DNA of 64,000 bases from an uncultured delta proteobacterium. GTDB lineage: Bacteria; Desulfobacterota; Binatia; UBA9968. This document shows positions 28,950-39,350 of the stretch, piece by piece. The DNA is taken from positions 192,001 to 256,000 of the forward strand of contig CAVUVW010000013.1 of NCBI GenBank assembly GCA_963745035.1. Reading direction: 5' to 3'. Each line of letters starts with the position of its first letter. Position 1 is the first letter of the stretch. The notes under the pieces were generated by a model. It saw only the letters and a list, made by a program, of their open reading frames with translations. It searched no databases and was not told the origin of the DNA. Made by a program: the position numbers and the translations under genes.

Positions 28950-29996
28950 TTACAGTTGCAGCAAGCCGAAGAATTCTGCGGCAGTGCCGCCGAGCAGGTT
29001 GTCGATATCTGCTTGGGTGAGTCCTTCGCGTGCGCGCAACATGGCGATGGTTTTGGGCGATGTGCCGTCGGGATGCGGATAGTCGCTGCCGATCATCAAA
29101 CGTGAGCTGCCGATGCGTTTGACAACATCAGGCAAAGTCGAATCTTCCGCACCGAAAGAAAAATAGAAATGATCGAAGCACTCTCTCGGGCGTCGCTTGG
29201 TTTTCTCGCGCGCCGCCGGTCTGGCATCGTAAGCCATTTCCAAACGGTCGAGGAGCCACGGAATCCAGCCGATGCCGACCTCAAAAAATCCGAATTTAAG
29301 AGCGGGAAAGCGATCAAGTACGCCGCTGAAGATCAGCGCTGAAATCGCCGTAAAGACTTCGAACGGGAAACCCAGGCACACGTCGAGATTGTACCGGGCG
29401 AACCGCTCGACACCGAGTAGCGGACCGCTATCGACGCCATGGACCGAGAGCGGCGCTCCCATTCTTTCCACCGCCTCGTAAAACGGCCAGAGAAACTCGC
29501 GATCCAGGTCTTGACCATTGACGTTCTGGTAAACGATGACGGAGTGAAGGCCCAGCTCCTTGATGGCGTGTTCCGCTTCTCCGATGGCGAGCTTGATGTC
29601 TTGCAGCGGCGCGGCGGCGATGCCGACGAACTTGTTCGGGTATCTTTTCAGGACTCGCGAGATCGATTTATTGTAGGCGCGACTCACGTTGGCGCCCATA
29701 ATCGCGTCGACGTCGTAATAAAAGGGCGAGTTGTTCGGGATCAACACCTGCATGTCGAAGCCGTCCTGAGCCATCGCCTCGAGTCGCGGCTCGATCTCGA
29801 AGTCGGATCTTGGGCGGCCGTTTACCCGCAGCGGTTTGATGTGCGCCGGCACGTGCGGTACGCGCGCCGGGTAATCGATTCGATATCGCCCCGTCGGCAA
29901 AGCCACAACGCGCGGCCCTTGCTCGCTATACTTCGGGTCCAAGTCGGCGAATGCGTCGAGGGGCGTGAAGTGGGTATCGGAATCGATGTGAATCAT
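28950..29996 (-). CDS. amidohydrolase_2 family protein (decarboxylase/hydratase-like)
   Basis: IDSDTH, RAYN, FSGVLDRFP and GSDYPHPD motifs. Confidence 0.9.
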   Translation of the reverse strand: MIHIDSDTHFTPLDAFADLDPKYSEQGPRVVALPTGRYRIDYPARVPHVPAHIKPLRVNGRPRSDFEIEPRLEAMAQDGFDMQVLIPNNSPFYYDVDAIMGANVSRAYNKSISRVLKRYPNKFVGIAAAPLQDIKLAIGEAEHAIKELGLHSVIVYQNVNGQDLDREFLWPFYEAVERMGAPLSVHGVDSGPLLGVERFARYNLDVCLGFPFEVFTAISALIFSGVLDRFPALKFGFFEVGIGWIPWLLDRLEMAYDARPAAREKTKRRPRECFDHFYFSFGAEDSTLPDVVKRIGSSRLMIGSDYPHPDGTSPKTIAMLRAREGLTQADIDNLLGGTAAEFFGLLQL

Positions 29997-30020
29997 TCTT
30001 TCCTCCGCGGCTGCTGTGAA

Positions 30021-31097
30021 TTAACTGCCTTTGCGCAGGATCAGCTTATCGAACAGCTCGACCAGCTCCGCGGCGCGCTCGCCCCATTTGATCGGCGATA
30101 CCGTCTGTACGCGCCGGTTGCCGGGATCGACCAAATATTTTACGTCACGATGGCTGACCCAGCGCCCTTGCGCGGCCATCACCTCCTGGCCGCGTTTCGA
30201 GAGCAGGAAATCGACGAACAGCGCCGCGGCGTGCGGATGCGGCGCGCGCGCGCCGATCCACACTCCCGTGGGAGTTTTGGCGACAACGTAGGGCTCGGGG
30301 AAAAGAATCTCGATCGGCGCGCCCTTTGACCTCAAGAGATAGCCGGTGTGATTGTAACCGTCCACCATCAGGGGAATCTCGCCGGCAGCTACGAGTTGGC
30401 CGAGCAAAGTGTTGCCTTTGCGCAGATTGAGTTGCTGGCGGCCGAGCTGCTCCGCGATCTGTTTGCCGCGTTCTTCACCATAGTAGTCCATCAGCGCCGC
30501 GATCCAGTCGTAGGACTCGTCATCCATGCCCAGTTGTCCTCTCCATTTGGCGGCGAGCAAGTCTTCGATCGACTTCGGATAATCCTGCGGCTTGAGCAAG
30601 TTTCGGTTGGCCAGAAACAATTGTCCCTGAGTGAAGATGGAGTTGAAGTAGCCCTCGTTGTCCTTGTAGCCGGGGCGAAGCGCGTCGCGGAACGGCGAAC
30701 GATAGGCAGCAATAATTTGCCGCTTGCGCAGCGGGAATAGAAACAGTCCGCGGATATGAGTGATGTCGAAAAGATAAGACTTGGCGCTGTACTCGGAGTT
30801 GACACGAGTCATCGTCTGGACTGCGCTGCCGTTCAAGAGTTTCACCCGAACGTAAGGATGATCCTTTTGAAACAGATTGATCAATTCCTGAGAGTTCTCG
30901 CGGTTCATGGTCGAGTACCAGACCAGCTCGCCTTCCTTGCGCGCCCCGTCGATCAATCTTTGCTGGCGTTCCGTCGCGGGTAGACGATTGATTTTGTCGA
31001 GCAGCTCTTCGACGGTTTGCGCGCCGGCGGGATATGAGAGTGAAAGCAGGGAGGCGACGGCCAGCAACCATGCGAGCGCGAAGGATCGTCCGTTCAT
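30021..31097 (-). CDS. extracellular solute-binding protein (Fe3+/AfuA-like fold)
   Basis: Signal peptide; GARKEGELVWYS, APHPHAAALFVDFLLSKRGQ. Confidence 0.87.
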   Translation of the reverse strand: MNGRSFALAWLLAVASLLSLSYPAGAQTVEELLDKINRLPATERQQRLIDGARKEGELVWYSTMNRENSQELINLFQKDHPYVRVKLLNGSAVQTMTRVNSEYSAKSYLFDITHIRGLFLFPLRKRQIIAAYRSPFRDALRPGYKDNEGYFNSIFTQGQLFLANRNLLKPQDYPKSIEDLLAAKWRGQLGMDDESYDWIAALMDYYGEERGKQIAEQLGRQQLNLRKGNTLLGQLVAAGEIPLMVDGYNHTGYLLRSKGAPIEILFPEPYVVAKTPTGVWIGARAPHPHAAALFVDFLLSKRGQEVMAAQGRWVSHRDVKYLVDPGNRRVQTVSPIKWGERAAELVELFDKLILRKGS

Positions 31098-31185
31098 TTT
31101 TCCCTCGACGGTTGAGGAGATGTTGGTCTTAGATAGCCGAGGCAAACTTATGGCAAGCCGAGGCGTGCTGTCAATTCAAACCCAA

Positions 31186-32163
31186 TCAGCGGCGGGCGAT
31201 CACTGCGCGCGCCGCCGCGACGATGCGCTCTTTGCCGGGGAGAAATTCTTTTTCCAGGGTCGAGCCGGCGGGCACCGGCGCGAAGGGAGCGGCGACCCGA
31301 CGGATCGGGCTATCGAGATAGTAGAAAATTTCTTGTTGCAGCCGTGCGATGATTTCCGCGCCGATGCCGCCCTGTTCGACGGCCTCGTGGACGACGATCA
31401 AATGACCGGTTTTTTTGACGGAGTTGGCAATCGTGTCGACATCCAAAGGTGAGATGCTGCGCGGGTCGATGACTTCGGCGGAGATTCCTTCGGCGGCCAA
31501 TTCATCAGCTGCCGCCAGCGCAGGAGCGACCATGCTGGCCAGAGCGACGATCGACATACGATCCCCGGACCGGACGCACGCGGCGCGCCCGATCGGCACG
31601 ACATGATCGCCGCTTGGAACATCCCCTTTCGACCAGTAAAGGCCGCGATGCTCGACGAAGATTGCGGGATTGTCGTCGCGAATTGCCTCTTTCAACAAGC
31701 CTTTGGCGTCGGCAGGATTGGCGGGCATGACCACTTTCAAGCCGGGTACATGCGCGAGCCAGGCCTCCAGGCTCTGCGAATGATGCGCACCCATGGCGCC
31801 GCTGATGCCGCACTGGACGCGCACCGTCAGTGGAATCTTCAGTTGGCCGCCGGACATGTAGTGCAACTTTGCGGCGTGGTTCACCAACTGATCCATCGCC
31901 AGAGTGATGAAATCAATGAACATGATCTCCACGACGGATCTGAGACCCGCTGTTGCGGCGCCGATCGCAAGTCCCATGACGGTGCCTTCGCTGATCGGGG
32001 TATTCACCATGCGGTTAACGCCGAATTTCTCCGCCAGTCCTTTCGTGACGCCGAACGGCCCGCCGAGCGACACGTCTTCGCCGAAAACGTACACTGACGA
32101 GTCGCGACGCATTTCTTCGGCAAGGCCGCCTCGGATCGCGTCTAAGAAAGTTTGCTCGGCCAT
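31186..32163 (-). CDS. 2-oxoacid/acetoin dehydrogenase E1 beta subunit
   Basis: FGEDV, NTPISEG, AHHSQSLE and DAKGLL motifs. Confidence 0.92.
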   Translation of the reverse strand: MAEQTFLDAIRGGLAEEMRRDSSVYVFGEDVSLGGPFGVTKGLAEKFGVNRMVNTPISEGTVMGLAIGAATAGLRSVVEIMFIDFITLAMDQLVNHAAKLHYMSGGQLKIPLTVRVQCGISGAMGAHHSQSLEAWLAHVPGLKVVMPANPADAKGLLKEAIRDDNPAIFVEHRGLYWSKGDVPSGDHVVPIGRAACVRSGDRMSIVALASMVAPALAAADELAAEGISAEVIDPRSISPLDVDTIANSVKKTGHLIVVHEAVEQGGIGAEIIARLQQEIFYYLDSPIRRVAAPFAPVPAGSTLEKEFLPGKERIVAAARAVIARR

Positions 32164-32197
32164 GATAATTACGGCACGGCGCACCATGCCCTACAAT

Positions 32198-33166
32198 CTA
32201 CGCAGTCACCTGGGTGTCCACTTCCCTTGCCTCGGGCCACGGGGAGGACAGAGCGAAGGCGGCGGCTTTTTCAACCAGGCCGCGGGCTTCGTGCTCGATC
32301 GCCCTGAGATCCTTGTCCTTGAGCAGGTTCATTTTCAGCAACACGCGCGCGGCGCGGGCAATGGGATCTTTCTTTTTCCAATCAGCAAGCTCGGACAGCT
32401 CGCGATATTTCGCCGGGTCGCCTTCATAATGACCGCGCATACGATGGGTCAAGCACTCGATGAAAGCCGGTCCTTTGCCGGCGCGGCAGGCGGTCACGGC
32501 TTTGGCCATGGCATCGCGCACGGCGAAGAGATCGTTGCCGTCCACGGTGGTAGCGGAGATCGCGTAAGTTTTTGCGTGCTGCGCAAGGCGCGCGATTTTG
32601 GTGTGCGCGGAAAGCGGTGTGAACTCCGCGTAGCCGTTGTTCTCGCAGATGAAGATTACCGGGAGTTGCCAAAGACTCGCGATATTCAGCGATTCATGAA
32701 ACGGTCCGGCTTGTCCCGCGCCGTCTCCGAAAAAAACCACGGCGACTTGTTTTTTCTTTCTTTCCTTGGCGGCAAATGCGGCGCCGAGCGCGAGCGGGAT
32801 CGTGCCGCCGACCACGCCGGTGGCGGTGATGAAGCCGCATTCTTTGGCGACGATATGCATGGAGCCGCCCTTGCCCCCGCAGTAACCGGTCGCGCGCCCG
32901 GCGATCTCGGCCATCAGCCGATTGATATCCGCGCCTTTGGCGATGGCGTGGCCGTGCGAGCGATGGCCGCCATAAACGTAATCGTCACGACGCAGCGAAC
33001 TGCACGCGCCGACGGCGACCGCTTCCTGGCCGATGCCGAGATGAAGCAGGCCCACGATCTGCCGCTCCGCATAAAGCACCGAGGCTTTTTCTTCGAAGGC
33101 GCGGATGAGCCACATCCGGCGCAGCAGGTCGACCAGTTCTTTGGGATACTGTTTCTTTTTGGGCAT
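32198..33166 (-). CDS. 2-oxoacid/acetoin dehydrogenase E1 alpha subunit
   Basis: GQEAV, GKGGSMH, FFGDGA...CENN and RMRGHYEGD motifs. Confidence 0.92.
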   Translation of the reverse strand: MPKKKQYPKELVDLLRRMWLIRAFEEKASVLYAERQIVGLLHLGIGQEAVAVGACSSLRRDDYVYGGHRSHGHAIAKGADINRLMAEIAGRATGYCGGKGGSMHIVAKECGFITATGVVGGTIPLALGAAFAAKERKKKQVAVVFFGDGAGQAGPFHESLNIASLWQLPVIFICENNGYAEFTPLSAHTKIARLAQHAKTYAISATTVDGNDLFAVRDAMAKAVTACRAGKGPAFIECLTHRMRGHYEGDPAKYRELSELADWKKKDPIARAARVLLKMNLLKDKDLRAIEHEARGLVEKAAAFALSSPWPEAREVDTQVTA

Positions 33167-33249
33167 TGGCGGCGAAAACCGTGAAGCTGGCGAGGCAGTC
33201 GTGCGGCCTGTTAACTCGAAATTAGAAACCCGAAACCAGAAAACTATTT

Positions 33250-34221
33250 TTACGCCATCGCCGCCCGTATGGCGTCCATGATGCGCGATTCGGACGGGCC
33301 GATGTGCGCTTCGAGCGGCGGGCTGTAGGGCACCGGCACGTCCAAAGTCGAGACGCGGCGAATGCGCGTCTTCAGTTTGTCGAAGCCGCTCTCGGCGATG
33401 CGCGCAGCAATTTCCGCCGCAACGCCGCAGCTCTGGTGGGTTTCGTCGGCGATGACGACGCGATGGGTCTTGTCGATCGAGGTGAGGATGGTGGACAGAT
33501 CGAAAGGCACAAGGGTGCGCGGGTCGACCACTTCGACTTCGATACCCTCTTTGGCGAGCTTGGCGGCGGCCTGAAGCGCGACCTGAACCGTGTACGAGGT
33601 TGCGATCAAAGTCACATCGCCGCCTTGACGCTTCACGTCCGCCACGCCGAAGGGTATCGGCTTGTCGTCATCGGGCATTTCCCCGCGCGTGTCCAGGAGC
33701 CGGGTATGGTCGACGAAGATCGTCGGGTTGTCGCTGGCGACAGCGGTTTTCAGCAAGCCTTTCACGTCGCGCGGCGAAGACGGAATGGCTATCTCCAATC
33801 CGGGAACGTTCCAGAGCATCGACTGCGGGCTGCCGGAGTGCTGCGCGGCGCCACCGCCGCGCAGACCGTGAAACAAGTGAAAAACCACCGGCACCTTGGT
33901 CTGTCCGCCGGACATCGAATAGGCATTCGCCGCCTCGTTGGCGACTTGCGGCCACGCTTCATAGATAAAGCTGCCGGTGCTGAGATCGACGATCGGCCGC
34001 AGTCCCGCCATGGCCGCGCCCGTGGCGAGTCCGCAAAAGCCGAGCTCGGAGATCGGCGGCGAGATCATGCGCTCGCCGTATTTATTCTTGAGATTCTGGT
34101 AAACATGGCGGTGCGGGCTGAGGCTTAAAAAGGTGCCGTTGATCAGATGGACTCTCTGATCGGCCGCCATGATTTCTTCCAGCGCTTCGAATTTGGCTTC
34201 GTAGTAGGCGAGTTCGCGCAT
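33250..34221 (-). CDS. second, divergent E1 beta subunit
   Basis: PPISELG, AAQHS, EVVDPRTLVP; lacks the N-terminal GED motif. Confidence 0.88.
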   Translation of the reverse strand: MRELAYYEAKFEALEEIMAADQRVHLINGTFLSLSPHRHVYQNLKNKYGERMISPPISELGFCGLATGAAMAGLRPIVDLSTGSFIYEAWPQVANEAANAYSMSGGQTKVPVVFHLFHGLRGGGAAQHSGSPQSMLWNVPGLEIAIPSSPRDVKGLLKTAVASDNPTIFVDHTRLLDTRGEMPDDDKPIPFGVADVKRQGGDVTLIATSYTVQVALQAAAKLAKEGIEVEVVDPRTLVPFDLSTILTSIDKTHRVVIADETHQSCGVAAEIAARIAESGFDKLKTRIRRVSTLDVPVPYSPPLEAHIGPSESRIMDAIRAAMA

Positions 34222-34230
34222 AATCGGCTC

Positions 34231-35250
34231 TCAAGCGAAAAAATCTCTCTCGGCCGTTTCCGGCTTTGGATAGGGGCTATTCACCGCGAACTCGACAGCC
34301 GCGGCGATATCGGATTTGACCTGGCGCTCGATGGCGGCGATCTCATCTTTGCCCGCCTTGCCGCCTTCGACCAGCTCGCGGATATAAATCAACAAGGGAT
34401 CGCACGAACGGTACCACTCGCGCGCTTTCTCCGGCACGCTGCTTACGTCCCAGGCGAGCGAAGTGTCGGTCGCACGCGGCACCGTAGGCCAATTGGTCTC
34501 GCTGCCGGGGTAGCGTACGGTCTGCGCTTCGACAAACTGCGGGCCTTCGCCGCCGCGGATTTTGTTCACGGCTTGGGAAATTGTCGTGTGGACGAGACCG
34601 GCATCCAAGCCGTCGATCTGCTGCGCCGGAATCTTGTACGCCTTCGGTAAATCGGTGAGTGGATAGGCCGCCATCGACGAGGATTGCGCCGCGGCGACGG
34701 CGCGGCCGGCGCCATACTTGCCGTTGTTCTCGCAGAGAAACAGGACCGGCAACTTGAGCAGCGAGGCTAGGTTAAAGGCTTCCGGCGCGGCGCCTTCTTC
34801 CAATGAGCCGTCACCGAACAGGCAGACGGTTACGCGGCCGTTTTTCTGCGCCTTGGCGGCGTAGGCGGTGCCGGTCGAAAGCGGAATGATGCCGGCGACG
34901 ACACCCGAGCTGTGCAGAAAGCCCAACGACGGCGCGACCGAATGAAACGAACCGCCTTTTCCTTTGTTGAGTCCGTCGGCGCGGCCGAGGATTTCGGCGA
35001 AGAGCTTTTTCGGCTCGACCCCGCGGGCGAGCAGATGGCCGTGGTTTCTGTGCGTGGTGAAGAGATAGTCGTCGGCGCGGAGGCAGGAAATCGCCGGCAC
35101 GCCCGTTCCTTCCTGACCGACGTACAAATGATAGTGGCCGCCGAACACGCCCTTGTCGTGCAGCGGCACGAGATTCTCTTCAAAGTGGCGGATGACGAAC
35201 ATCCGCCGGCACAGGTCCAGCAAATTTTCGCGTGGCAGATTGGGCAGCAT
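34231..35250 (-). CDS. second, divergent E1 alpha subunit
   Basis: GQEG, GKGGSFH, FGDGS...CENN; RYPGS in place of RxxGH. Confidence 0.88.
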   Translation of the reverse strand: MLPNLPRENLLDLCRRMFVIRHFEENLVPLHDKGVFGGHYHLYVGQEGTGVPAISCLRADDYLFTTHRNHGHLLARGVEPKKLFAEILGRADGLNKGKGGSFHSVAPSLGFLHSSGVVAGIIPLSTGTAYAAKAQKNGRVTVCLFGDGSLEEGAAPEAFNLASLLKLPVLFLCENNGKYGAGRAVAAAQSSSMAAYPLTDLPKAYKIPAQQIDGLDAGLVHTTISQAVNKIRGGEGPQFVEAQTVRYPGSETNWPTVPRATDTSLAWDVSSVPEKAREWYRSCDPLLIYIRELVEGGKAGKDEIAAIERQVKSDIAAAVEFAVNSPYPKPETAERDFFA

Positions 35251-35255
35251 GATGC

Positions 35256-35330
35256 TGACTTATTTCAATCGCCCGGCATTTGTCAACGCCGCGTAACCGC
35301 ATTGACAAGGCGCAGGGGCGGGGACTAAAT
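35256..35330. promoter_or_regulatory. divergent sigma70-like promoters
   Basis: TTGACA on both strands (35282-35287 minus, 35302-35307 plus), each followed by an AT-rich -10-like hexamer. Confidence 0.45.
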
Positions 35331-35366
35331 GCCAAGAAGAATGTTCTCGCGCTCGGAGGCTCGCCT

Positions 35367-36363
35367 ATGAATGCAAAACGCTTGCTGCTGGCGCTGATCG
35401 TGTGCGCGCTCGGGATTCCATCGATCCTATTTGCGCAGGCGCGTTCGCTCAAAAGAATCCAGGTCGGCGTGCCCGCGATCAGCATGGGCAACATCATTAT
35501 TTTCTTCACCAAGGAAGCGAAAATTTACGAGAAGCATGGTCTGGACGCCGAGCCCGTGGTGATGAGCGGCTCCGGCATCGCGTCCAGAGCGCTGATCGCC
35601 GGCAGCGTGGCGATTTCGCCGATCGCGACCCCGGCCGTGATGAACGCCGTGCTGGCCGGCTCCGACATGGTGATTCTCGGCCACACCATGCCGGGAGTGA
35701 TTCAGTATCTGATGGTCCGGCCCGACATCAAGCGAGCGGAGGATCTGAAAGGCAAAACGATCGGCGTGACGACCTTCGGCTCGCTCGGCGATTTCCTGGT
35801 GCGCCACCTGGCGCGGCAAAGAGGGACTCAATCCCGATAAGGATTTCGCGCTCCGGCAGATCGGCGCCGATCCGGAGCGGCTGATTTCGTTGAAGCAGGG
35901 AAGCATCCACGCGGCGACGCTTTCCCATCCGACCTTCATCCTGGCGCAGCGCTCAGGCTTCCACATTCTCTGGGATTTTTTCAAAGACGTCGATTATCCG
36001 TGGAGCGAGATCGCCACCACGCGCACGCAAATCAAGCAGGACCGCGACTTGGTGATGCGCTACATGCGCGCGCATATCGAAGGCATCGCCCGGTTCAAGC
36101 AGGAGCCGGAGCTGGCGAAGAAAGTGATCAAGAAGATGCTGCGCCTCGACGACGAGCCGTTGGCGCAGGAGTCCTGGGAGCTATTCGCCAAGCACCGGCT
36201 CGCCGCACCCTATCCGAACATCAAAGGCATGAAAACCAGCTACGAATACGTCGCCGCCACTCGTCCCGAGGTCTGGAAGCACAAGCCGGAAGAGTTCATC
36301 GACGCAAGCTTCGTCGAGGAGCTGGACAAGAGCGGGTTTATCAAGAAGCTTTACGAGAAATAG
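35367..36363 (+). CDS. ABC substrate-binding protein, NMT1/TauA-like (frameshift near 35820)
   Basis: VGVPAISMGNII...DYPWSEI...ELDKSGFIKKLY; collinear with 23847. Confidence 0.85.
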
Positions 36364-36370
36364 AGCATCG

Positions 36371-37300
36371 ATGAAGGTGCGCATCGGCATCGCCGTCGGC
36401 CAGTGGCCGCTTCCGAGCGCGGACCCCGAAGCGATCCTCAGTCTGATCGATTATCTCGAGACGCTCGACATCGACTCGTTGTGGGTGAGTGATCGCCTGG
36501 TGTCGAGCGCGCTGATTCTCGAACCCGTTGCGTTTCTTTCTTTCATCGCCGGCCGCTTGCGCAAGATGAAGCTCGGTACCAGTACGCTGGTCCTGCCGAC
36601 GCGCAATCCGATCGTCCTCGCCAAAGAATTAGCCACCCTCGATTTCCTATCCAAAGGCCGCTTGTTTCCCGCCGTCGGGCTCGGCGGCGAGGAGTCGAAA
36701 GACTTGCAAGCGCTCGGCGTGAGCCGGAAAGAACGCGCCGCGCGCACTGACGAGATGATCACCTTGATGCGCCGGCTGTGGACGGAAGAGAGCGTGACAT
36801 TTCACGGCAAGTTCTTCGCCGTCGAGGATGTAACGGTCATGCCGCGTCCCTGGCAGAAAAGCGGTCCGCCGATCTGGATCGGCGGGCGCAGCGAGGCGGC
36901 GCTGCGGCGCACCGGACGCTTGGGCGACGGCTGGCTCGTGTCTTCGGTTTCGCCGGCGGAAGTGGAATCCGGCATCAAATCGATTCGCGCCCATGCCGCC
37001 GCGGCCGGCCGGCAAGTGCCGGAAGACCATTACGGCGTGCTGATACCGTTCTACTTTGCGGAAAATTCCGCGAAAGCTTTCGAAGTCGCCGGACGCTCTA
37101 TTCGCCCGCGCGCCGATATTCCCATCGGCGAATTCGCGGCGTTCGGCACGGCCGATGAAGTGAGAATGAAAGTTGAAACTTACATCGCCGCCGGCGCCAC
37201 CAAGTTCGTGATGAGACCGTGCGGGCCGTTTGACGGCTGGCGGGAACAAGTCGAGATATTGGCGCGAGAAGTGATTCAGCCGCTGCAGACAGCGGACTAG
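36371..37300 (+). CDS. LLM-class flavin-dependent oxidoreductase
   Basis: SLWVSD, LAKELATLDFLSKGR and PPIWIGG motifs. Confidence 0.9.
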   Translation: MKVRIGIAVGQWPLPSADPEAILSLIDYLETLDIDSLWVSDRLVSSALILEPVAFLSFIAGRLRKMKLGTSTLVLPTRNPIVLAKELATLDFLSKGRLFPAVGLGGEESKDLQALGVSRKERAARTDEMITLMRRLWTEESVTFHGKFFAVEDVTVMPRPWQKSGPPIWIGGRSEAALRRTGRLGDGWLVSSVSPAEVESGIKSIRAHAAAAGRQVPEDHYGVLIPFYFAENSAKAFEVAGRSIRPRADIPIGEFAAFGTADEVRMKVETYIAAGATKFVMRPCGPFDGWREQVEILAREVIQPLQTAD

Positions 37301-37473
37301 ACGCTGAAATGCGACGAGATCCCGAGGATTCGCTTCTTCCGAGTCACGTCACCGACCAAGGGACGACGATTTAGGATCGCCAGCGCCAAGCCTATAACAG
37401 AATCGTAAGCGCTAAGATGAATCACTTGGGGCGACCTCTATCGGACCGTCCTCCCGCACTCGAGGACTTTGAT

Positions 37474-38458
37474 TTATGCCATGAGTACCGCTGCGCCGCG
37501 AATTTTTCCTGCGCGTAGTCGATTGAGCGCCGTATTCGCCTCTTCCAAGCGAAAGGTTTCCACTTCGGTGCGCACCGGGACTTTCGGCGCCAGGGCCATG
37601 AATTCTTCGCCGTCGCGGCGGGTGAGATTGGCGACCGAGCACACCGAGCGCTCTTCCCACAAGGTCGTATAGGGAAAGGCCGGAATGTCGCTCATATGGA
37701 TACCGGCGCAGACGACGACTCCACCTTTCCTAACGGCTTTGAGCGCCTGCGGCACGAGCTCGCCGACCGGCGCGAAAATGATTGCGGCGTCGAGCTTCCC
37801 CGGCGGTAATTCGTTCGATCCACCGGCCCAGACCGCGCCGAGATCGCGCGCGAAGCGTTGCCCTTCGAAGTCGCCCGGCTTGGTAAAAGCGAAGATCTCG
37901 CGCTGTTGATAGCATGCCACTTGCGCGACGATGTGGGCGGCGGCGCCGAAGCCATACAATCCCAAGCGTTTGCCGCTGCCGGCTTTAACGAGGCTGCGAT
38001 AGCCGATCAAGCCGGCGCACAGCAACGGCGCGGCCTGCGGCATCGCTGTACGAATCGGGAATCGGAAAACAATAACGCTCCTCGGCGACCGTGTACTCGG
38101 CATAGCCGCCGTCCAAGGTGTAGCCGGTAAACTTGGCCAGGTCGCAAAGGTTTTCTTGATCGTTTCGACAGTAGGAACATGCGCCGCAAGTCGAGCCTAC
38201 CCACGGAACGCCGATCCGATCGCCACGATGAAAGCGGCTGACGCCCTTGCCCAGCTCGACCACCGTGCCGACGATCTCGTGGCCGGGGATCAACGGCTGT
38301 TTAGGATGCGCGAGCTCGCCATCGACGATGTGAAGGTCGGTGCGGCACACGGCGCAGGCGCCGACGCGCAGCAGAAGCTGATTGTGTCCCGGTGTGGGGA
38401 TGGGCAGGTCAACTTGGCGCAGCGGCTCGCCGGCCTTCTCGAAGAGCGCGGCGCGCAT
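37474..38458 (-). CDS. zinc-dependent alcohol dehydrogenase (frameshift near 38045)
   Basis: CRTDLH, GHEIVG, CGACSYC...NLC, PLLCAG and YGFGAA motifs. Confidence 0.9.
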
Positions 38459-38503
38459 GATTTTCCTTCCGGGTGAAAAGATCTAGGGGGGGATCGATCA
38501 GGT

Positions 38504-38812
38504 TCAGTCCAGATCGATGTCCTTGAGCGGTTTGGTGATCGGCTCTTCTTTGGCTTTCTTGAACAGCTCCTGAAACTTGGCTTCGAGAACTTTCGATTTA
38601 TTTTTCTCCGCCTCCGCGATCTTTTGATACTTTTCGTCGCGCCGGGAGGCTTCCTCCTTGACGAAGCTTACCGCGTCCTTGAGTTGCACGGCGAGTTGGG
38701 GCTTCGCCGGAAGTTTATGGTCGAGGACCGCGCCGAGTGCAGGATCAACAGTCAATATCGCATCGCAGCACGGGCAGGTGATTTGGATAGTCGTGGATTC
38801 ATTTGTTGGCAT
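38504..38812 (-). CDS. hypothetical protein with CPCC motif and coiled coil
   Basis: ITCPCCDAILTVD then a charged helix; RBS GGAG. Confidence 0.75.
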   Translation of the reverse strand: MPTNESTTIQITCPCCDAILTVDPALGAVLDHKLPAKPQLAVQLKDAVSFVKEEASRRDEKYQKIAEAEKNKSKVLEAKFQELFKKAKEEPITKPLKDIDLD

Positions 38813-38872
38813 GATTACCGTCTCCGACTGTTCCCGATTTCGGGTTATTAACTCGCAACCTGAACCTGATTT

Positions 38873-39241
38873 TTATCCCCTCAGCTCGATCTGTTCTTCG
38901 TCGGGGCCGGCGAAGACCACGCGCCGCCAGCCGGATTCGCGCAGCTCGCGGGCCGCGGTCTCGTGGGGCGCGCGAATCAATTTAACCCCGTCGCGCTGGA
39001 GTTGCGCCACCGTGTCATCGAACTCGCTCGTTTCCAGGCAGAAGTGAAAACCGGTCATGGCGCCGTCAAAGTGATGGGTCAACTCCAGCACGGTATCGCC
39101 CAGTCTGAGATAGGCGATCTGGGCGCCGCTGCCCGCCGCGTGTTGAAAATAATGCTTGAAGCCGAAGTGCCGTTCATAGAAGCGGATCGAGCGGTCCAGA
39201 TCGGCAACATGGATGGCGACGTGATCGATGCGCTTGAACAT
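38873..39241 (-). CDS. VOC/glyoxalase family protein
   Basis: IDHVAIHVADLDRSIRFY, LEL, HFCL and GPDEEQIEL motifs. Confidence 0.9.
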   Translation of the reverse strand: MFKRIDHVAIHVADLDRSIRFYERHFGFKHYFQHAAGSGAQIAYLRLGDTVLELTHHFDGAMTGFHFCLETSEFDDTVAQLQRDGVKLIRAPHETAARELRESGWRRVVFAGPDEEQIELRG

Positions 39242-39350
39242 AAATTGATCCCCGCTTGAAGGATAGGCCTTTCACCGGCCTCTTTGCAAGCTGCGCAATC
39301 GTATGCAAAATCCTGCCGGGGGGCTAAAATAGCGCCCAGGATTTAACGTC

